Made by a program: the position numbers and the translations under genes
From: an uncultured delta proteobacterium
GTDB lineage: Bacteria > Myxococcota_A > Polyangia > Fen-1088
DNA length: 64,000 nucleotides
Assembly: GCA_963796685.1 (NCBI GenBank)
Contig: CAWCMR010000015.1
Span: 320,001 to 384,000, forward strand
Direction: 5' to 3'
In this document: positions 32,361 through 42,981 of the stretch, piece after piece
Layout of the letters: every line of letters starts with the position of its first letter
Numbering within the stretch: the stretch's first letter is position 1
The notes under the pieces: model-generated
The model's input: the letters and a program-made list of their open reading frames with translations, nothing else
Databases searched by the model: none
What the model was told of the DNA's origin: nothing

Positions 32361-34572
32361 ATGGCAGCAGGTGTAGAGGGCACGAGCTCTCGCCGTCTGC
32401 GCACGGTGGACGACTTGAGAACAGGCGACCAGGCGTGTTTCATCTATGGCAAGGAGCAAGAGTACCAGGCAGTCATGGCTCCCTTCGTGCGTGCGGGGCT
32501 CGAGCAGCGACAGCGTGTGCTGTACATCCACGATGCGCGCTCGCCCGAGAGCGTGCGTGCCATGTTGCGCGATGCGGGCGTGGACATCGATCACGCCGAG
32601 TTCCGGGAACAGATCGTCTTCGTGCCAGCGAAACAGATTTACGCGCGCGGCGCAGGGTATTCCTTCGAACGGGTGCTCGATCAATTGCACGCCCTGACGG
32701 CGATGGCGCTCGCCGACGGATGGAGCGCGCTACGCGTGACCAGCGAAATGACCTGGGTGCTCAGGCAAACGCAAGGCGTCGAGCGGCTGCTTTCCCAGGA
32801 AGGCAGAATGGCCGCCTTCTATCGCGAGAGCGCTGCCCTTGGCATGGCTCAGTTCGACCGCGGAAAGTTCCCGGCGGAGGCGCTGCTCGATGTCTTGCTG
32901 GCCCATCCGGTGGCCGTGCTGGGCACCGAGGCTGTCCACAATTTCTACCACACGCCGCAGGTCGAGGTCTCGGGCGGCTGGCGATCGGAAGCGACGCTCT
33001 CCAAATGGCTGTCGAACCTGAAAGAGCGCAAGCGGGCCACCGAGAACATGCGCGAGGCACTCCAGCTTCACCGCGAGGTGCTCGACAACGTGGGTTCCGG
33101 CATCATCGTTCTCGACCGCGACGGTCGGGCGATCCAGTGCAATCCTTTCGTTGAGCGCATTCTGGGAGTCTGTGGTTTGGACGTGCAAGGTCGCCATATG
33201 ACCGAGCTTTTCCCCGAGCTATGCTCGGGCGACTTCGAGGACACGCTTGCCAGGGTTCTCGCAGGCGAGATCGTCCTTTCTCCCGACATGAACGTGCACA
33301 GGGCAGGGATCCCCCACCCGTTCTGGATTATCGCGACCCTGGCCCCGTACCGCAATCCGGACGGTCTCGTCATCGGCGCCATCGCCGCCATCAGCGATAT
33401 CACCAGCCGCAAGGAAATGGAGGCTGCCCTGCGCTCCAGCGAGGATCAGCTTCGCGAAACGCAGAAGCTGGAGGCGGTGGGGCGCTTGGCGGGGGGGGTT
33501 GCCCATGACATGAACAACGCCCTCAACGCCATCATCGCTTTCGCGGATCTGGCCCTGCAAGCGGCTGGCGACAGCGAGGGGTTGCGCGAGGACATTGGCG
33601 AGATCCGCTTGGCCGCGGACCGCGCCGCGGGAATTACCCGCCGGCTGCTCGCGTTTTCGCGCCGGCAGATTTTGCAACCCCAGGTCGTCGAGGTGAACGC
33701 CATCGTCACCAGTGTCGAGGACATGTTGCGCCGGCTCATCGGGGATCAAGTCACCTTGTCTCTTCGCTTGGCGCCCGACGCCGGATGGGTGAGATCCGAT
33801 CCCGCACAGATCGAGCAGGTCATCATCAATCTGGCGCTCAATGCCCGCGATGCCATGCCCGAGGGGGGCCGTTTGACCGTCGAAACCGATGTCGTGCAGC
33901 TCACCACGGAGCAGGCCGGGGAGTTCGACACCATCGCGCCCGGGGACTACGCGGTTCTGCGCATCTTCGATTCCGGGTGCGGGATGTCGTCGGACGTTCT
34001 CGCCCATGCCTTCGAGCCCTTCTTCACCACCAAGGATCTTTCTCGTGGCAGCGGTTTGGGCCTACCCGTGGTGTACGGTATCGTCAAGCAGAGCGGTGGG
34101 CAGATTCGGGTGCACAGCGAGCCCGGCCAGGGGACACGTGTGGAAATCTACCTGGCCCACGTGCCCGAGCCCGACTTACCGGAAGCCGCCACGGGCACCG
34201 CGACCGGCGACGAAACCGTGCTGCTCGTCGAGGACGAGGATCTCGTGCGCAAGGTGGTATCGCGGATTCTCGAACGAGCCGGCTACCGCGTGCTGGTGGC
34301 AGCCTCGGGGGACGAGGCCCTGGCCATGTGCGTGCGCTCTCCAACGCGCATCGACGCACTGGTCACCGATGTCGTGATGCCAGGCATGGGCGGGCGCGAG
34401 CGCGGATTGCGTCCTCGAGCGATTCCCGAAGCTCAAGATCCTGTTCATGACCGGCTACACGGATGACGAGTTTCTGCGCCGGGGGATTCTGGATCAGGGG
34501 CGAGCCGTCATGGTCAAGCCCTTCTCGCCGAAGGATCTGTTGCGTCGATTGCGCGAGGTGTTGAATAGATAG
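32361..34572 (+). CDS. MEDS-PAS hybrid histidine kinase with receiver (frameshift near 34401)
   Basis: LRVTSEMTW (MEDS-like), PAS, GGVAHDMNN H-box, FFTTK, G.GLGL; REC finishes in another frame (FMTGY..KPF). Confidence 0.88.
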
Positions 34573-34638
34573 CCGCTAGACCGTACGTCACGATTCAAGA
34601 CATCGGCCGCCCCTGCCGATTCCAAGTGGGAAGAGGCA

Positions 34639-36033
34639 ATGAAAGACGGCTCATTTTCGGGCAAGTCAGCGCTCGTCGCTGATGACGACGACGTCGTGCG
34701 CTCGACCCTCGGGCGACTCCTGCGCCATCTGGACATGTCGGTCCTGGATGCCGCGGACGGAGGGGAGGCCATGCGCAAGATCGACGAGCACCCCTTCGAC
34801 CTCGTCATTTCCGATCTGTCCATGCCCCAAGCCGACGGGTTCGCGGTGCTGGCGTCCGTGCGCAAGAAACAACCTCACACGCCTGTCGTCATCCTGACCG
34901 GCGCGGGTGGCGTGCCGGACTCGGTGCGCGCCATGCGCGAAGGCGCCTTCGATTTTCTGACCAAGCCCTTCCATCCCACGGCCTTGACCGAGGTGGTCCG
35001 CGCCGCGCTCAACCATGGCGGGGGGGGCGGCAACAAACCCAGGCTGACGCCGGTAGGCGGTAGTCCGACCCTTGCAGGCAGCGGCGCCATCCTGCTGGGC
35101 AAGTCGGCCGCTTTGCAGGATCTCCTCGCGCTCGTGCAGCAGGTCGGCCCGACCGATGCCACGGTCCTCATCTCGGGCGAGACCGGCAGCGGCAAAGAAG
35201 TGATCGCCCGTCTCTTGCACGCATCCTCGCCGCGCGCGGGGCAGCGCCTGGTGGCGGTGAACTGCGCCGCAATTCCCGAAAGCTTGATCGAAAGCGAGCT
35301 CTTCGGGCACGTCAAGGGAGCGTTCACCAACGCGCACGAGCATCGTATCGGTCGCTTGCGCGAGGCGGACGGCGGAACGGTGTTGCTCGATGAAATTGGG
35401 GAGCTGGCGCTGCCCATGCAGGCAAAGCTCTTGCGTGTTCTGCAGGATCAGTCGGTGACGCCGGTCGGGTCCGAACGGGCTTACCAGATCAGTGTGCGTT
35501 TCTTGGCGGCCAGCAACCGGGATCTGGAGGCCATGGCCAAGGCCGGGCGCTTCCGCCAGGATCTCTTCTTCCGGCTCAACGTCGTGCCCATCCACGTCCC
35601 GCCGCTGCGCGATCGTCTGGACGACGTGCCCACCCTGGCCATCCATTTCCTGGAGCAGGCCGCACGTCGCCTCGACCGCTCCATTACCCTCTCGGACAAG
35701 GCCATGGCCGTGTTGCAGATCTACGGCTGGCCCGGCAATGTTCGCGAGCTGGAAAATCTGGTCGAGCGCATGGCCATCCTGGACCGCGACGGTGTCATCG
35801 ATACCGACGACATTCCGCCCGCTCTCGGCGGCGAAACCGGCGAGACGGTGGCGCGTACCTTGTGGGACCTGTCCGAAAACGGTGTCGATCTTCCCACCGC
35901 GGTCTCCCGTTTCGAGCGCGCGCTCATCGGTACGGCCATGCGTCGGTCGAACAGCAACAAGTCCAGGGCGGCCACGATGCTTGGAATCGGAAGGACCACC
36001 CTCATCGACAAGCTCCGCAAGCTTGGAATGTGA
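34639..36033 (+). CDS. sigma54-dependent response regulator (NtrC family)
   Basis: REC, GETGSGKE, ESELFGH.KGAFTNA, WPGNVREL, Fis-type HTH. Confidence 0.95.
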   Translation: MKDGSFSGKSALVADDDDVVRSTLGRLLRHLDMSVLDAADGGEAMRKIDEHPFDLVISDLSMPQADGFAVLASVRKKQPHTPVVILTGAGGVPDSVRAMREGAFDFLTKPFHPTALTEVVRAALNHGGGGGNKPRLTPVGGSPTLAGSGAILLGKSAALQDLLALVQQVGPTDATVLISGETGSGKEVIARLLHASSPRAGQRLVAVNCAAIPESLIESELFGHVKGAFTNAHEHRIGRLREADGGTVLLDEIGELALPMQAKLLRVLQDQSVTPVGSERAYQISVRFLAASNRDLEAMAKAGRFRQDLFFRLNVVPIHVPPLRDRLDDVPTLAIHFLEQAARRLDRSITLSDKAMAVLQIYGWPGNVRELENLVERMAILDRDGVIDTDDIPPALGGETGETVARTLWDLSENGVDLPTAVSRFERALIGTAMRRSNSNKSRAATMLGIGRTTLIDKLRKLGM

Positions 36034-36054
36034 GGGGGCTGGGTCGACGTCCGA

Positions 36055-36222
36055 CCTAAGTCGCCGCTCAAAGATAACTTTAGCAGGCTCGCGGCCGATT
36101 CATCCCGGCTGGCTGCGTCGCTCGTCGCTCACATACCGACGGGTATGCTCGCTTCTCGCTCCTTGCCATCCGGGCGCCTCGGCCGCGCTCTTTGCACAAG
36201 TTATCTTTTCGCGGGTCCTAAG
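36055..36222. mobile_element. palindromic MITE/REPIN-like element
   Basis: Nested inverted repeats AAAGATAACTT/AAGTTATCTTT, CGCGGCCGA/TCGGCCGCG and CATACC/GGTATG; CCTAAG direct repeat at both ends. Confidence 0.6.
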
Positions 36223-38653
36223 GCTTCTTGCCGGTCGCGCCGGGATGCGTTAGCAGGTGTTCCTGCACCAGGTTTTTCAGGGTGGCCATATCGAAGGGCT
36301 TTTCCAGACGCTCGTTGGTGACGGTGTCGAGAAAACCGCGCGCCTTCGGGGTAAAGGCCCCTCCGGTCATGAACACGATGTCGGCCGCGCGCTCGGGCGC
36401 GAATTCCCGCAGCTCGTTGTAGAAGTCCACGCCGGTCACGTCGGGCATCATCAGGTCGCACAAGATGAGGTCGAAGTGTTCTCCGGCGCGAAGACGGTCA
36501 AGCGCCTTGCGCGCGCTGGTCTCGGTGACGACCTCGTTGTCCTTGCCAAGGACGCGCCGCAGAGCGGTGCCAACGATGGGTTCGTCGTCGATGGCTAGAA
36601 TGCGGGCGGAAAGCGCCGCGATGGGGCGGCGGATACGGCTGGTCTTGCGGATCGCGCTGGTGGCCTCGGACGGGGGCAGGAACACCCGGAAGACGCTGCC
36701 CTTGCCAACCTCGCTTTCCACGCTAATCTCACCGCCCAGGGCCTGCACGATCCGATTGCAGATGGAGAGTCCGAGCCCCGTGCCGACCCCGACCGGTTTG
36801 GTGGTGTAGAAGGGCGTGAAGAGGTGGCTCAGCACCTCTTGCGACATCCCGCAACCGGTGTCGCGGACCTCCACCTCGACCCGGCCCCGGGCATCCAGGC
36901 GCGTGGAAATCGTGATGGTGTTCCTGTCCGCGCGACCCTCTTCCATGGCCTGGACGGCGTTGACGATGAGGTTCAGGAACACCTGGCCGAGCCGCGATTC
37001 GTCCCCGTGAACCATGGGCACGGGCTGGAATTGGCGCACGATGTGCGCGCGGTGCTTGAGCTCGTTCCAGGCCATGCGTAGCGAGGATTCGAGAATGCGC
37101 TGCATATCGACCGGTCCCATGGAGGTTTCCGGCGTGCGCGAAAAAATCTTGAGGTCGCGGACGATGTCGCGCAACCGCTCGGACGCTTCGAGGGCGTCGC
37201 GTAGCTCTTCGTCGAGCTCGACCCGATCCTTTTCGCTGCTTCCGTCGAGCTTGAGGGTGGGAACGCATTCGACCGCCATGTGCAGGTTGGTGAGAACCGC
37301 GGCGAGCGGGTTGTTGATCTCATGCGCCACGCCGGCGGCCAAGATGCCCACGGAGGCCATGCGATCGGACACCATGAGCTGTTCTTGCAGACGTCGGTGT
37401 TCGGTGACGTCGAAGATGGTGGCCAGGTGACCCAGGCAGTTGCCATGCTCATCCACGATGGAATGGAAGGCGAGCATGCCCCACAGGGCGGTGCCGTCGT
37501 TGCGGCGCAGGCGGCATTGGGCGCGGTAGGTCTCGGTACCGTCTGTCTTGCCGTGCAGGTAACCGGTGATCGCCTCGACAACCTTGGTCTCGGCCAGAAA
37601 ATGCAGCAAGTCGGCGCCTCCCGCGTCGGCCTCCTTGAGTCCCAGCATGTCGGCCATGCGTCGGTTCATGTAGGTGGTTCGGCCGTCGCGATCGAGCATC
37701 CAAATGCCTTCGTGGGCGGTCTCGACAATGCGGCGGAATTTGATCTCGCTGGCGGCCAGGCTCTCCTCGGCCTTGCGGCGCGCGCGGCGCTCGGCGGCTT
37801 CGCGTAGCTCGCGCTCCACCGCAGGCGCCAGCCGGGCCAGGTTGTTCTTGATCAGAACATCGTGCGCTCCCGATTTCAGGACCTCGACCGCCGTTTCCTC
37901 GCCCACCGCCCCGGACACCACCAGGAAGGGAATGTCCGGTCCCGATTCCTTGAAGATGTGGATGGCGGCCAGGGCGTTGAGACCGGGCAGCGAGTAGTCG
38001 CTGATCACCACATCCCACGGCCCCGACTTGAGTGCAGCGCGGAAGTCGTCGGGCGTGTCAACACGACGCGATTCGACGGTGAAGCCCGCGCGGGTGAGCT
38101 GCCGGGCCACGAGCAGAACATCATCCTCCGAATCCTCGAGAAAAAGCACGTTGAGGTGGGAACCCTGGGAGGGTTCCCACACCCTCCCGCGCTCTGGCTC
38201 CGCCGGGCCAAGCCCGGCTACGCCACCGCGGCTGAGGTGGGAACCCTGGGAGGGTTCCGAGCCAATCCCGCGCTCTGGCTCCGCCGGGCCAAGCCCGGCT
38301 ACGCCACCGCGGCTGAGGTGGGAACCCTGGGAGGGTTCCGAGCCAATCCCGCGCTCTGGCTCCGCCGGGCCAAGCCCGGCTACGCCACCGCGGCTGAGGT
38401 GGGAACCCTGGGAGGGTTCCGAGCCAATCCCGCGCTCTGGCTCCGCCGGGCCAAGCCCGGCTACGCCACCGCGGCTGAGGTGGGAACCCTGGGAGGGTTC
38501 CGAGCCAATCCCGCGCTCTGGCTCCGCCGGGCCAAGCCCGGCTACGCCACCGCGGCTGAGGTGGGAACCCTGGGAGGGTTCCGAGCCAATCCCGCGCTCT
38601 GGCTCCGCCGGGCCAAGCCCGGCTACGCCACCGCGGCTGAGCGGGCCGTTCAT
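36218..38653 (-). CDS. REC-PAS-histidine kinase-REC hybrid with a 162-aa N-terminal repeat insertion
   Basis: ATG 38653 overlaps the upstream TGA; receiver LFLEDSEDD, PAS, AHEINNP, FYTTK, C-terminal receiver. Confidence 0.9.
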   Translation of the reverse strand: MNGPLSRGGVAGLGPAEPERGIGSEPSQGSHLSRGGVAGLGPAEPERGIGSEPSQGSHLSRGGVAGLGPAEPERGIGSEPSQGSHLSRGGVAGLGPAEPERGIGSEPSQGSHLSRGGVAGLGPAEPERGIGSEPSQGSHLSRGGVAGLGPAEPERGRVWEPSQGSHLNVLFLEDSEDDVLLVARQLTRAGFTVESRRVDTPDDFRAALKSGPWDVVISDYSLPGLNALAAIHIFKESGPDIPFLVVSGAVGEETAVEVLKSGAHDVLIKNNLARLAPAVERELREAAERRARRKAEESLAASEIKFRRIVETAHEGIWMLDRDGRTTYMNRRMADMLGLKEADAGGADLLHFLAETKVVEAITGYLHGKTDGTETYRAQCRLRRNDGTALWGMLAFHSIVDEHGNCLGHLATIFDVTEHRRLQEQLMVSDRMASVGILAAGVAHEINNPLAAVLTNLHMAVECVPTLKLDGSSEKDRVELDEELRDALEASERLRDIVRDLKIFSRTPETSMGPVDMQRILESSLRMAWNELKHRAHIVRQFQPVPMVHGDESRLGQVFLNLIVNAVQAMEEGRADRNTITISTRLDARGRVEVEVRDTGCGMSQEVLSHLFTPFYTTKPVGVGTGLGLSICNRIVQALGGEISVESEVGKGSVFRVFLPPSEATSAIRKTSRIRRPIAALSARILAIDDEPIVGTALRRVLGKDNEVVTETSARKALDRLRAGEHFDLILCDLMMPDVTGVDFYNELREFAPERAADIVFMTGGAFTPKARGFLDTVTNERLEKPFDMATLKNLVQEHLLTHPGATGKKP
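38152..38641 (-). repeat. 6 x 81-bp palindromic tandem repeat, in frame within the kinase CDS
   Basis: TGAG recurs at 38152, 38233, 38314, 38395, 38476, 38557 and 38638; five copies identical, one variant. Confidence 0.97.
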
Positions 38654-39108
38654 GTCAATCCGCCCTCGGCGACAGGCAGTTGATTGAGCGCCAGCCAGTA
38701 GCTGCCGATCAGCTCGACGGCACCGGCGAACTCCACGAAGTCCACGGGCTTGCGGATGTAACTGTTGGCCCCCAGGTCGTAGCTCGTCGCGATGTCGGCT
38801 TGCTCGGTGCTGCAGCTCATGACCACCACGGGGATGTGCCGGCCGACGGGGCTTTGGCGCAGCTGGCGCAAGACCTCGAGCCCGCTCACGCATGGCAGTT
38901 TCAGGTCGAGAAGGATGAGCGCAGGGGTCTGGCCGGGATTGCGCCCCGCCCACTCCCCAAGCCCGAAGACATAGTCAAGCGCTTGCCGGCCATCACGCGC
39001 GCGAACGATTCTGCAGCTCACCCCGCTGCCGTGGAACGCGCGAAGGGTGAGGTCAGCGTCGTCTTCGCTGTCCTCGACCAACAGAATCACTCGTGTCTGG
39101 CGGCTCAT
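38650..39108 (-). CDS. single-domain response regulator
   Basis: ILLVEDS, LLDLKLP..SG, GANSYIRKPVD. Confidence 0.93.
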   Translation of the reverse strand: MSRQTRVILLVEDSEDDADLTLRAFHGSGVSCRIVRARDGRQALDYVFGLGEWAGRNPGQTPALILLDLKLPCVSGLEVLRQLRQSPVGRHIPVVVMSCSTEQADIATSYDLGANSYIRKPVDFVEFAGAVELIGSYWLALNQLPVAEGGLT

Positions 39109-39198
39109 CCCGGGTATTCCAGCGCCCTTGCAGACTCAGTGTATCGCGGCGTGGAGGTCGCCGCTACCTTGCCACCGTCGGAATGGAGCTGGCGCCGT

Positions 39199-39558
39199 TC
39201 AAAACTCGATATTCAGGGTCTTGCCGTTCTCGGTCGCCGCAATCTGCGAGTGGGGCAGGGTGACGGTGCCGACCGGGGCCAGGACTTGCGAGCTGTTCAG
39301 CAGGCCGATGCTGGGGCGGGCGCTTGAGCTGCAGCGCAGCTTGAGATCGAGGGATTCGCCACTTTGGCTGTTCGCGGTTTCGACCCGGCAGGTAGGGACC
39401 ACTTGCACGGAGACGAACACGAGTGCGCTGCGACTGCCCGCAATGACCGGCCTGGAAAACAAGGTGACGGGGACCATGGCCAGGAGGCACGGGAGCAGCC
39501 ACCGTCCGGTTTGGGACCAACCACCAACCTGATTCGCGCGACGCCGTTGATTGAGCAC
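39199..39558 (-). CDS. small exported protein, pilin-like N-terminus
   Basis: Hydrophobic leader then VSVQVVPTC..C resembling Csu subunit N-termini; start uncertain. Confidence 0.5.
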   Translation of the reverse strand: MLNQRRRANQVGGWSQTGRWLLPCLLAMVPVTLFSRPVIAGSRSALVFVSVQVVPTCRVETANSQSGESLDLKLRCSSSARPSIGLLNSSQVLAPVGTVTLPHSQIAATENGKTLNIEF

Positions 39559-39718
39559 GAAGCAAGGAAGAGCAGAATCCGTGCCCTGGCTGCAGCGACG
39601 CGTAACTGCGCGTACTTATTTGGTATTCTAAATTACACCTTATAGACATGTCGTAATGCCGACGAATCGGCTTCGGTGGAGTGTCGGCCACCCGACGGCA
39701 GACATGCCAGTTACTACT

Positions 39719-39848
39719 CAGTACCGCCGCCGGGCCGATGGCCCGGATCCTTCAGGCGTGAAACGTGACAGCCCCTCACCCGCCTCGCTGCGCTCGGCGA
39801 CCTCTCCCCGCTTCGCTTCGCTACGCGGGGCGAGGTGTTTCAGGTCAG
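39719..39848 (+). repeat. solo copy of the 130-bp CAG-bounded repeat element
   Basis: Near-identical to 49295..49424, same length and CAG ends. Confidence 0.93.
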
Positions 39849-39858
39849 GACGAGAGGC

Positions 39859-40317
39859 TTAGAAATTGATCGTCGCGGTTATGTTGTCCGTGTAGTTTCC
39901 CGCCGGAACATCTTGACCTTGAGGGATCAGGCCGTAAATCGTCAGGGTTACGTCCGGGTTGTTGGCCGTGGCTGTGACCCTGTAGCTATAGGGGTTTGGA
40001 TCTCCCCAGATCTGGCTGTGGGCTGCGTCCAGGTAGAGGTTGTAGCTCAGCCGGTTGGCTCCAAAGGCCATCTGTCTGGGGTTGTTGCTCGGCGCCACGC
40101 CACGACTCAGGTACACGGTCCTCGTGGTCACCTTGCCAGAGCACCAGTAGTGCACGGTGCCGGTGCTGGCGAGATCGGTGCTGTTGACCGCGTTGTAGCT
40201 CCCGAAGGCCACCGGGGTCGTGCTGATCCAGCAACCCGCCGCAGACGCCGAGGGCCCACCGATGACCAGCGCCGCACCCACCACAGAGAGCGACAGCAAC
40301 CAGCGTATGCCTCTCAT
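39859..40317 (-). CDS. spore coat U / Csu-type fimbrial subunit
   Basis: Signal peptide, C...VAFGSY, LSYNLY, IYG.IP.GQDVPAGNYTD.ITATINF. Confidence 0.9.
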   Translation of the reverse strand: MRGIRWLLSLSVVGAALVIGGPSASAAGCWISTTPVAFGSYNAVNSTDLASTGTVHYWCSGKVTTRTVYLSRGVAPSNNPRQMAFGANRLSYNLYLDAAHSQIWGDPNPYSYRVTATANNPDVTLTIYGLIPQGQDVPAGNYTDNITATINF

Positions 40318-42963
40318 TTCGTCTCCTTCTTGGGAAGAATACATCGGATCGTTCCCACGTTGACCAAAGCCGTGGCACCAGATGGGACTGCGAGCGAGAA
40401 TGCACATGTGCCGGTCTCGTATTGCACCTCGGCCGAATACGATCCGGGTGGAACATTCTCGAGGTAGAAATTGCCAGCCTCGTCAAGAGGCGAAACCGTC
40501 CGCAGCTTGTCGACGAGGACGATGATCTGCCCATACGCCGGCAGGATGGTCTTGCCCTTGTCGTCGATGACCACGATCCCCGAAACGCTCTGCACCCGCC
40601 GCACCGGGAAGGTCACGATCGCGCCACCACGCGAAGGGGGCGCGATGATTCTTTCGGTGGCCCCGATATCGTGGTCGAGGGGAATGTCCTTGTCGTCGAT
40701 CCCGACCCGGTTGCCGTAGTAGTGGAGCATGCTGGGAATCAGCAGATCCCCTTTGCTGTCGGTCGTTCCGACGACCTGATTGCTCACCAAACCGTGAACG
40801 CCAGGGACACCCGGCACGCGGATGAGGGCGTAGCTGTCCTGGAGCGGCCGGGACAGGTAGGCGCGGCCACCGATGAGAACCAGGCCTCCGGTCGCGGTCA
40901 CCATGGCATGCCCGCGGTCCTCCGTGCCCACTCCCTGGTGTTGATAGTCGGCTTCGATTCGGCCATAGGCGCCTTGGTACTGGGCGTCGGCTTCGTTGAT
41001 GGCGTTCTCTCCCTGGGCAGCCACCAGGCGGTAGCCAACCCCCGGCCCCAAGGGCAACGACTGCTGAAGCGTGGCCTGCGTCGTGCCACCGTGTCCAGCC
41101 TGACCGCCGACGTGATCGCTGCGGGTGGCGCCTGCCGTGACCCTCTCCGCGGGCACGAAGCTCAGGCCCACGAACATGTCGTACTCGGCCGGATAGGCGC
41201 GGGTGTAGATATTGGTCAGGGTTGCGAAGGCATACATCCAACGCGTGACGGTTCGGTTGGCCGCCAAGGTGATTCGGTTGTTCCAGCCCGCATCGCGCCA
41301 CTCGGTCGCCTCGTCCTGTAGGGACAAGCTGGCGACCTTGCCGATGTTGCGAGCGATCGACGCCAGAACATCCGTGCGCTGCCTATCGCTCGACGAGGAA
41401 ATCCCGGGCGGCTCGGCATTCGGAGGCGGAAGGCTGGAGGGATCCAGGTTCAAGGTTGCGTAGTCCACGCTCTGATAGCGAAGGCCGACTTGAAAGTTGA
41501 GCAGACGCCCGACATAGGAATAGGACACGAGCGCGGCTCCGCCGGCGTAACCGCTGTGAGCGCTCGCCGCAACCGCAGCCCCCAGCTCTCCGACGGGCAA
41601 GCGGAGCGCGAGATTGGGACCACCACTCACCATGTACCGGGATCCCTCGGCACGACCACCAAGAGTCAACCAGTCGGTGAGGCCGTAGCGATGACGAATC
41701 AGGAAGGCCGGCTGGCCATAATTCCAACTCTCCGTGCCATAGTTGATGCGTGCGAATCCGGCGTTGTAGCTGAAATCCTGTAGCCCCTTGCTTAGCGTGC
41801 CGAGGGCCAGGTAGTAGGGGGTCTCGATCGTCTGCGCCTGGCCGAAGGCATCTCGAATGACAACTCGGGTCTCGCCGCTGCCGCTGGTCACGGGCAGGTT
41901 CTGCATGTTGAACTGCCCGGGCGGCAGCGCCTCGCGGCGCACGAGTTGGCCATTGACGTAGACCTCGACCATCGAGGGCGTCAGTGCCGTGCCTGAGAGT
42001 TGCTGGGTGGGCAGAAACACATAGTAGGGGTCGAGGCCGAAATTGCGCGTGACGCTCACTCCACCGAGCATGGCGGTCCCGCCGAGCGCGTCACCGGTGC
42101 CGTTCATGTCGCCGAGGATGATGCTGGTGAGGCGATCTCGCCAGTCGAAGGTCAGGTTGGTCAGAAGTCGCTCCCACGACCCATCGACGGCGCTACGCTG
42201 GCCGCTGGCATAGAGCAGGTGACCATGTATGCTGAGCCCGGCCTCGCTGAATCCGTTCCAGGCCATTTCAGGCCTGCTCTGTAGGTTGCTGGCGCCGAGC
42301 GAGTAGTTGACGAACATGCTCGGCGCGTTGTCGTAGATGATGCCCGCTGGCCGCCTGGCGCGAAAATCGAATGTGGTGGCCTCGAATAGCTTCGAGTCTG
42401 CGGTGATGGTCAAACCCAGGCCACGTTCGTCGAAGACGAAGGTTATCTGAGGCGCGAGGGACTGCAGTGAGACCAGGATGTCTCCCTCGTGCTTTTCGCG
42501 CTTGCCTTCGGGAACCCGCAGGCCGGGCTTCTCGAGATCCGACACTTTCGATCAGCACGTCTTTCTCGCGCAGGATGACGAGCACGTCGCCGATGTCGAC
42601 TTGATTGACGGTGGCGTGCAGGAAGGCCGGGGTGTCCTCGGCGGCGGAGGTCATTCCATGAGGAGAGGCCGGGCCGGCTTCTTGGGTAGGGGCGCTTGGC
42701 TGTGCCCCGGTTTCGGGCTCGACGTCCAGACGGTCGAGGGTTGCGCCCACGTCCTGCCCGGCATCCGGGGGAGCTGCGTCCTGCGGCGCACGCTCGAACG
42801 GTGCCGGTTCGAGGCCCGCGGTTTGTGTGGCCACCGCCGAGTCTTCACGTTCGCCGCCATCTGTCGAGGGCAGCGTTTCGGCCGGGGCAGGGGAAGCCAT
42901 CCCAGCCACGAACGCGGCTGGCAGCAGAGCGGGCCACCGGTGGCGTTTCGGGGCCCTGTGCAT
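40314..42963 (-). CDS. fimbrial outer membrane usher (frameshift near 42545)
   Basis: PS.VEVYVNG, GPF-like PPGQF, RDAFG, L.KGL.DFSY..G, RYGLTD.LTLG; N-terminus lies in ORF 42268..42963. Confidence 0.88.
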
Positions 42964-42981
42964 CCTCCGCGCTCGGTTCGT

